A DNA stretch of 64,000 bases from Schmidtea polychroa. Lineage: Eukaryota. The DNA is taken from positions 37,758,001 through 37,822,000 of the forward strand of contig CM097888.1 in assembly GCA_044892525.1 (NCBI GenBank), given 5' to 3'. A program made the translations under genes and the position numbers. Numbering within the stretch: the first letter of the stretch is position 1; every line of letters begins with the position of its first letter. The notes below the pieces were generated by a model that did not search any database, was not told where the DNA came from, and saw nothing but the letters and a program-made list of their open reading frames with translations. This document shows positions 56,780 to 64,000 of the stretch, piece by piece.

Positions 56780-59650
56780 CATTTTGTCTTATCTCAAAAA
56801 TATACTCGTGGAATTGATATTAAGAGTTCACTTGATAACATATTGTCAGATACAGATACCACTGAACAATTTGGTAAGTGAAGCAACAGACGAAGCACTT
56901 TCATAGTCTTTACTGTAGAATGAAATGTTAACTGAAAAGAATATATATGTTTTTAGTTATTCATCAATTAAAACCACAACATGATTACTTTCATAGTCAA
57001 AACTTCTTCAAACATAGTTTTAAAGTTTGCATAAAATGCATATGAATAATCAACGTAGTCTGAAATGTCACTAAATTGGAAAATGAAAAAATTCCCGGCA
57101 TTCAATGTTGTGCCTCATTAATTTTATTCTTGCAAGAAACGCTGCAATAATAGATTTTGTTTTTATTAAATTCAGACTACCGCCCTGCAACCTTATTGAA
57201 TATGACACATAAATCTGGTAAGTACGCATTATCTGGTTTCATATTTATTCGTTCTTCTTTCAAAATGGAATCATTTGCTTCCTAAAAAATTTAAAACGAT
57301 CTCAAAAAGTGAAAGTGATCTTATCATGCACAAGTCCTTTGACAACCAACGTACGTCGATGTGAAGAAGTCATCGATGGAAGTTCTCATGATTTTCGTCA
57401 CACAGCTGCGCAGATAACCTAGTATTTTTCTCAGCAAAATCGAAAATAATTCTGGTGTCTGTTGCTTTCAGCAGAATCACATTTAAAAATACTGTAGCGA
57501 GACAACGGGGATGTGCTATGTGGTATTGGTATTATTTTATATTTTTTAAATGCAATAAAGATATTAACTTCAAAAACTGTATTAACTATAAACTTTTAAT
57601 TGCTTTTAAAAAGAAAAATAATTAATGGATAAATAGTTTCTCTTTTATATGACTCTGTATTTCCCCCCTTGATTGTAGAATACCTGTAGAATAACAATTT
57701 GTTTGAAACAACAATTTAAAACAATAATTTGGAGTAATAATTTGGAATTATATTTTGTTTCTAGCTAATTATTTTTTAGTAATTTTCTTTTTAAATTTTT
57801 TCTTTATTCTTTTGTCTATATTAAATTTAAAAACTTACTATAGAGTATTGGTTTCTTGTTAATAATAAATAAAGTTATAGAAAAAAATTAATGAGATAGT
57901 TATTGTACTCATAATGGAGAGGAATAGTGTTAGATGATGAGGGTAGACCCATCACTACATTTACCCTAGATAAGTATTACAGAACGGGGCCAAACAAATA
58001 TAGAGTTAATGTGTTCGCTGAGGAACGGAAATAGGCAAAGCTCCAATGCTTCAACATACCCGTCAATCCAATTCCCCAACAGTGCAATCCAATCCAATAC
58101 AACCCGAAAAAACAATAATTATTCTTATCCCTTGTGATCCTATTAACAATGTATATATTTTATGTTTGACAATTATTATTTTATTGATTTTATTCATTTA
58201 TTGTATATGTATATATTCTTACATTTATTGACTACATTGATGTATGGGTTAATTATTTTATATTGTGAATATGTTAATAAATTTTATCAACAAACTTAAC
58301 ATTATAATAAAAAAGAAGGGGATTTATTATATTATAAAACATTAATTATTATTATAAAAATATTAATTATTATTTAAATTACAATGTAGAGTATACAAAA
58401 ATATATTTAATTATGTTTTATCAGTATTTGAAAATTATATTCCGTACGTACAAGCCGGAAATTAATATATTTTAAAATTAATAGAAAAAATAGATAATAA
58501 CATCCGCTATAAGAATAGCAGGAGATAATAATTATAATAATTAAAAATGAATATAATATTCCGTGCGTATATGCCGGAAATTAAAATATTTTATTTTAAC
58601 AGTATTAAAAAATAGTATATATACCACAGCAAAATTCAGTAATTTTGCCCAAATTTTCTTAGGTTTTCCTGAATCTTAAAGAGGCAATCTCTGCGAGATT
58701 TAAAAATAAGACAGCACAGAACGTCTAACATATTTTGTTTACAATCAAAACATAACACGCACAATATACATTATAACGATACATAACACGCATCGTTGAA
58801 TAGCGAATTTTTGAGAAAGATCAAAGGATAAACTCTTGTAATTAAAAGGTTAATTTTATTTGTTAATAAATTTTGTTCAAACACTTTGTTTTTATTCGAA
58901 TAACTATATAAGAACCAGCAAGTTGGGGTTTTAAAAAAGTGAGACCTCAACAATAGCGCCCAACTATGGCTGGGGCTCCATGTATTGTCGCCTATATTAA
59001 ATTTGAAAAAGGAATCTCCTTTTCAAAGAAAAAACATTTAGAACCGTAATTAGTATCGGTTATCAAGGTTCGCGCAAATATGATTTCTTTACAAATTTCT
59101 TGAATCAGAACAAAACGTACATATGCTAATAATAGTATTTCAATACCAGGCAAAGTTGATTCCTTCAGTTAAATGGAGAAATAGTTCGTTTGCAAATAAA
59201 TACATAATAAACTTTCATAATACGTTTTTTCAATGCGTATCTGAACTGTGTTGCTCAAAGAAATTCTTTTAAGATTATTATTAGAAGGTATGTGACACGG
59301 GTTTCAAAATTTCATCAATTGTTGGCAAAACTAGTTGTTCCCCAATATTACGCAGTTTTCCTGATTTTGTTATGAGTAGCGATATGTTGTAAGACACTCA
59401 CAAACCATCATCATCTCTTTTTTTCAATAGAAGGGAACATGCTATCTATTTTGGGTTTCATAAGGACATTTTCTATCAGTTTTCAAATATTTCAAATCTT
59501 TATCTGCTTTATTAGAATAACATAGAATTTATTCAACATATATTTATAGTTATTTTTTAACACTTTGTTGTATCTAAGACGCATTGGAAGGTGTATGTCC
59601 AACACTGATGGAATGAAACCAACTTTCAAGTAATCAACGCTGTAATGTCG
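56780..59650 (-). mobile_element. Near full-length Buster/SCAND3-type hAT transposase relic split by a ~1.4-kb insertion
   Basis: RHYSVDYLKVGFIPS, SYNISLLITKSGK, LLLAYVRFV and HGAPAIVGR (59650-58910), then LCDENHENF..LLHIDVRWLSK and LRLLL..TKL (57530-56780); many stops. Confidence 0.85.
58433..58620. repeat. Degenerate direct repeat, 119-bp period, with a TTCCG...CGGAA mini-hairpin
   Basis: TTCCGT(A/G)CGTA...GCCGGAAATTAA at 58440 and 58559. Confidence 0.7.
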
Positions 59651-60048
59651 ATATTTTTTAGATTTGACCATATTTTGACCATATATAGTTTCATATTTTT
59701 AGATTTTGACCATATCTATCTGAAATCTAAAATTAAGCTTTTTCAATTTAAAAAATTTTAATTATAAACTAATTTTAACAAAAAAAATCGTAATTATTTA
59801 ATTTTATTCAAGTTTACTATTTTAATTATAATTAATTAATTTTAATCAATTTTAACTATCTTTAATTACTTTTAATTATCTTGGTTCAGTGGAAGGATGA
59901 TAATTGTTTCGAAAAAAACTAAATAATTCTTATTTTGCAATTTCAAACGTAAAAAATTATAAAAGGTAATAAATTTAAAACACAGCTCAATAAGGAGAAA
60001 AAAACAAACGTTAAAAACTATAAATTTTTTAAAAATAAATAAATTGAA

Positions 60049-60918
60049 AATACTTTTTTCAAATTGGATTGTGTCATGGGATTCTAAATTAAGAAGTATT
60101 GGAAGAAATATTATTTTATTAGTAGATAATTGTTCTTCCCATCCTCCGTTAGGTCAATCTTTAACAAATATTGATCTAATTTTTATGCCTCCAAATACCA
60201 CAAGTAAGTTACAGCCTTTAGATGTCGGGGTTATCAATGCTTTTAAGCAGTATTATAAAAAAGGAATTGTTACAAAAATGATTCATTTTTATGATTCTTA
60301 TCCAGAAGAAAAATTTAAAGTAAGTATTCTCGATGCAATTAGTATGGCTAAAACGGCTTGGTCAAAAGTTAGCTGTAATACTATAAAAAATTGTTTTAGG
60401 CATGCTGGTTTCGGCGAAGTGGTTGAAGGAATGGCAATAAATGAAAAATTTTCATCTGATATAGAGGAATATTTTGAAAAGCAACACTCGTTTACTGATT
60501 TTGTTAATGCTGAAGAAAATATAGTAACAGAAAATGTAACTGAACAGGAAGTAGAATTAAATTTGTCGCTATCTGATACGTCAGATAACAATCAATGTGT
60601 TGAGCTTCCCAACATTCATAAAGCATTTGAGTGCATGCAACAAGTAGTTCTTTTTTATTCAAATCAGGATAAAACTGGCCATTTACAAGAAAGTTTAATA
60701 GCAATTGAATCAGATTTGGAGAAGATTTTACTCAAGAAAAAAACCAGGCAACAGAAAATAACTGAGTTTATTTTCAAAAAATAAATGTGTTAGTTAGTAA
60801 AATTTTTTGAATATTTTTAAAATTATCCTTATTAAAAAGTATCGGTTATAGAGAAGTATCGGTTATAGAGAACATTTTTTTAAGTCCCAAAAATGTTCTC
60901 TTTAAGCGGTATCTACTG
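60049..60918 (+). mobile_element. 5'-truncated Tigger copy (about 99% identical to 15946-16813)
   Basis: Same transposase C-terminus and intact right TIR ending ATCTACTG|TA; about 10 differences seen by eye. Confidence 0.95.
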
Positions 60919-61135
60919 TAAATTGAAAATAGATTAAATAAACAATTTTATAATTGTTCTATTTTTCTTTTAACTCTGTATTTCTTGATTTTTTTTGATT
61001 ATTTCTGAATATTTTGAAATCGCAAAACAAAGAAAATATTTTTCCTGAATAGAGTTAAATTCATGTATCAGTCCTTTCTTTTGGTCATAACCCTTCATTA
61101 ATTTATAAGTTGTCAATAACTTTAATCCACTTTAA

Positions 61136-61369
61136 CCCTTTGACCACTGTCGGGACATATATGTCCCAGTCAAATTTAAAAAAAATATAGATGCCTTATT
61201 CTCTGTGCTATTACAACCAACGCTTGTCCCACTCGTGTTTATAGTATTTTCGACTAGTTTCGTCTATACTCGTTAATATATGTTCTGCCGGCTAGCAAAC
61301 GTAACATTTTATTTCATTCGTTGTCACAGTTTACAGCAATTTCATTTTTTAAAAATCGTCGTCAAAGGG
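61136..61369. mobile_element. Putative piggyBac-type MITE (234 bp)
   Basis: TTAA|CCCTTTGAC ... GTCAAAGGG|TTAC ends; palindrome GGGACATATATGTCCC near the left end. Confidence 0.5.
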
Positions 61370-61699
61370 TTACATATCTTTTATTAGCATTGATATACAT
61401 AAATTATTCATAATTATCTGTAATTATATCTTAAATTTGGCAAAAAATTTATTTATAGTGCAAAAGTGTTATACTCGAAATTAGTTCTTTTTAACCCATA
61501 GCTTGTGTTGGCAAACATAAAAATCGAAAATAAAAAACGCATGCTTTTAAATTTCTTTGTTATTGTTTTTAAACTAGTCAGCTATTTTTACTATTCTTAC
61601 AACTGTATTATTTTTATTTTTTTGTTATTTTATTTGATCATATATTTAAATTTTGTTTTCATTCTCTCTTTCTTTGCGTCTTCATACTGAATTTTCCAT

Positions 61700-62105
61700 T
61701 GTGTGCATGTTTCTCATATTCAAACTACTTGAAAGGTTCATCCAAGATTGGAAATGGGATGGTATTGAGTTTTTTGTAGTCATCATAAATGTGATTGTTT
61801 TATGATCTGTCCTCAATTTAAAATTCTTACAGTAGAGATAATATTTAAAATATTGCGTAAAATAATAAATAGCTAAAGATTCCTTCCTTATTATACAATA
61901 TCTTAGTTCGTGCTTGCTCATTGCATGTGAGTAATATTCTGCAACTCTTTCATTTCTTTCATTATTTCGTTGTGATAGAACAGTACATATTGTGTCAAAA
62001 CTCGCATCGTGTCTAAAATAAAATCGTTTTTTTTTAAATTCGGGTATATTAATACCGGGGCTTTTGATATTGTGTTTTTCCGTTTTTCAAATGCTTCTTC
62101 ATAAG
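61700..62105 (-). mobile_element. Older Ty3/gypsy RT-connection/RNase H relic, truncated by the LTR at 62106
   Basis: EEAFEK.K..ISKAPVLIYPN..DFILDT(fs)DAS...VLSQ...ERVAEYYSH...RYC..RKE.LAI...F..YL...FKLRTDHK. Confidence 0.85.
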
Positions 62106-62371
62106 TGTAAGATGATATAATAATTTACAACGAATTACTTACATAACCAGGTCACTAGACCTTGATATCTATTGAATGATGCGGGAATGCTTGTATAACT
62201 AAATTAAGTAAGTATGTTTGTCTTCTGTGTCAACAGTATCACTTAAACTAATAATTCTCCCTTTTGTAGATTACGCAATTCAATGTACTATAAATAGTAT
62301 AACGATTGTGTGTTCCGTTTAGATTTTTGAAGTGAATAAAGATTTCTGTGAAACTATGTCTTCTTCTAACA
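62106..62371 (+). mobile_element. 5' LTR (266 bp) of a Ty3/gypsy retrotransposon
   Basis: TGTAAGATGA...TCTTCTAACA termini (8/10 inverted match), TATAAATA at 62289, AATAAA at 62335, and a PBS immediately downstream. Confidence 0.85.
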
Positions 62372-63444
62372 TGGCGACCACGCCAGGACTCCAGAACTAT
62401 ATCAAGCCACCTAATCAATTGCTGCCAAATGGTGATTTAGAAATTTTTATTTTGGAATTGAAGAGATTTTTCGAAGTCACGCAACAACCGCAAGAAACTC
62501 AAGAAATTGTTACCAAGGCCTTTCTGTCGGTAGAGTTGATCCAGAAATATGAAGAAGTACAGAGCGATTATTCAGGCTATGAAGAAAGATTAAGAAAAGC
62601 GTTCGAGCCAAGGAAAAATCTAGCCATGGATCTAGACGCAGCTTTAAGATATCGAAAAGGAAATGACTCGTGCACCGAATTTTTCAATAAAGTGGAAAAG
62701 CTCGTCGACAATGTTCTTCGACACAAATTAACAAAACCGGCATTAATGTTATTTTTAATGCAGAATGCAATGGAAGATATGGAAACAAAAAAAGAATTGA
62801 AATTAAGAGAAGTTAAATCAGTAGATAAGGCCAAGGAAGTGATATCAAGAATAGAAGAAATTCAAAAAGAGCTTTCAAGTGAACAATCATTAGCATCTCT
62901 ACATGAAAATAAATCATATGCGGAGACAGTCAAAAGTCCGAGAAAAACTCAGTTGTACCAACAGAATAAGACGCCAATATTTTATAACTCTAGAACCAAT
63001 GAGGCCATGAACTTCAATATGCCAAATAAAAGTGACTGGAAAAACGAGACCAGGCGATTTAAACTGCAGAGATGTTGGGCGTGTGGAGAGCAAGGACATA
63101 TTCGAGCAGAATGCCCAAACGTAAAATGCTCTCAATGTTCCAAAAATGGTCATTTCAAGTATCAATGTTGGGACATCAGAAGAAATTCAGTTAAAACAGA
63201 AGCATATTACAACAAAAGAAATTATGATAGAAATCAAAAACAATTTGGATCCAGAGGACAATTTCAAAGCAGAAACCAATCTTCAGACAGAGGACCACAT
63301 CGAAGACAATGCAATGCGATATACGACTACGAATACGAGGAAAGAGAGCTGATTCAACAGGATGATATGCAAAAAGATTGCGAACAGCTAAAAGGGGAGG
63401 CTCCAGTTTCAAGGGAGTTGCTAGGAGCCATAAATTTGGTTTAA
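62356..63444 (+). CDS. gag: Gag with two CCHC zinc knuckles
   Basis: CWACGEQGHIRAEC and CSQCSKNGHFKYQC; in-frame ATGs at 62356 and 62371. Confidence 0.9.
   Translation: MSSSNMATTPGLQNYIKPPNQLLPNGDLEIFILELKRFFEVTQQPQETQEIVTKAFLSVELIQKYEEVQSDYSGYEERLRKAFEPRKNLAMDLDAALRYRKGNDSCTEFFNKVEKLVDNVLRHKLTKPALMLFLMQNAMEDMETKKELKLREVKSVDKAKEVISRIEEIQKELSSEQSLASLHENKSYAETVKSPRKTQLYQQNKTPIFYNSRTNEAMNFNMPNKSDWKNETRRFKLQRCWACGEQGHIRAECPNVKCSQCSKNGHFKYQCWDIRRNSVKTEAYYNKRNYDRNQKQFGSRGQFQSRNQSSDRGPHRRQCNAIYDYEYEERELIQQDDMQKDCEQLKGEAPVSRELLGAINLV
62372..62389 (+). promoter_or_regulatory. Primer binding site, tRNA-Arg type
   Basis: TGGCGACCACGCCAGGAC is complementary to a tRNA 3' end GUCCUGGCGUGGUCGCCA, resembling metazoan tRNA-Arg. 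Confidence 0.75.
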
Positions 63445-64000
63445 GTAAGTATATTGTTGACACAGAATGTTTGAATTTGAATGCTTGTGATTTCAAGATT
63501 TCCGTAATGAATGAATTTAAAGATGATTTAAAAATTAATGATGTAATTATGAATGATTGTGAATTTTTTGACTTTGAAAATTATTTTGAATATAGTTTTT
63601 ATGAAATTAATAACAAAATTGATAAGATTATGAGTATCGATATAATTAATAATAAAGTTAATGAAAATAAAGAAAGACCTTTTGCACCTAAATTCGTTTA
63701 CGAAAGAAAGAATGGCAGACCTAGTGTAGGTATTTGGCTGGAAAATAAAATAAAAGTTGATTGTCTTTTGGATACCGGGGCTAGAATAAACGTGATTAGC
63801 GAAGATGTTGTTAGTAAATTAAAGATGCGTGATAAAATAGGGGAATCCAATATTATGGTTACATGTGCAAACGAGAGCACACTTAAGGAACACACATAGG
63901 AACAATATTACTAAAAGTGAGAATTTCGGGATTAGAATTGGTAATAAGATTCTTTGTGGCAAATAAGATTAACCCGAGCGTAATTGCAGGCGTAGAAATG
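63378..64000 (+). CDS. pol: Pol N-terminus (aspartic protease), -1 frame to gag, frameshifted at about 63895, runs off the window
   Basis: CLLDTGARINVIS active site. After the TAG at 63897 the protease continues in another frame (GTILLKVRISG...FFV...VIAGVEM). Confidence 0.85.

Noticed and set aside
1-64000. CRISPR arrays, rRNA/tRNA genes, prokaryotic operons; host species assignment
   Set aside because: No repeat-spacer structure or RNA gene was recognised. The DNA is eukaryotic, and the species cannot be inferred reliably from this window.

Overview
Eukaryotic, very AT-rich, transposon-littered animal DNA with five N gaps; the species cannot be determined from this window. The main content is an array of six intronless class-B-like 7TM GPCR genes (561-580 aa). 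Each has a signal peptide, a somatomedin-B(SMB)-like Cys-rich N-terminus and no GPS/GAIN motif. Three copies (25.5, 35.5, 47.8 kb) are near-identical at the N-terminus and 7TM but carry a sharply divergent central ectodomain cassette, and their shared substitutions are mosaic. Interleaved with them, and missed by the ORF track, is a spliced class-I SAM-methyltransferase-like gene (40.3-45.4 kb) plus a decayed paralog (53.4-55.3 kb). Each lies divergently 3-4 kb upstream of a GPCR, suggesting a duplicated GPCR+MTase unit. Mobile elements: an intact GC-rich hAT (14-bp TIRs, 8-bp TSD), an intact Tigger/pogo nested inside two TIR elements, a 5'-truncated Tigger, and a Ty3/gypsy 5' end (LTR, PBS, gag, protease) inserted into an older gypsy. 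There are also relics of piggyBac, Buster-type hAT, RLE-type LINE, Penelope-like RT and Polinton-type integrase, several MITEs, and an eEF2 pseudogene fragment. All identifications are by motif recognition by eye; no database searches were run.
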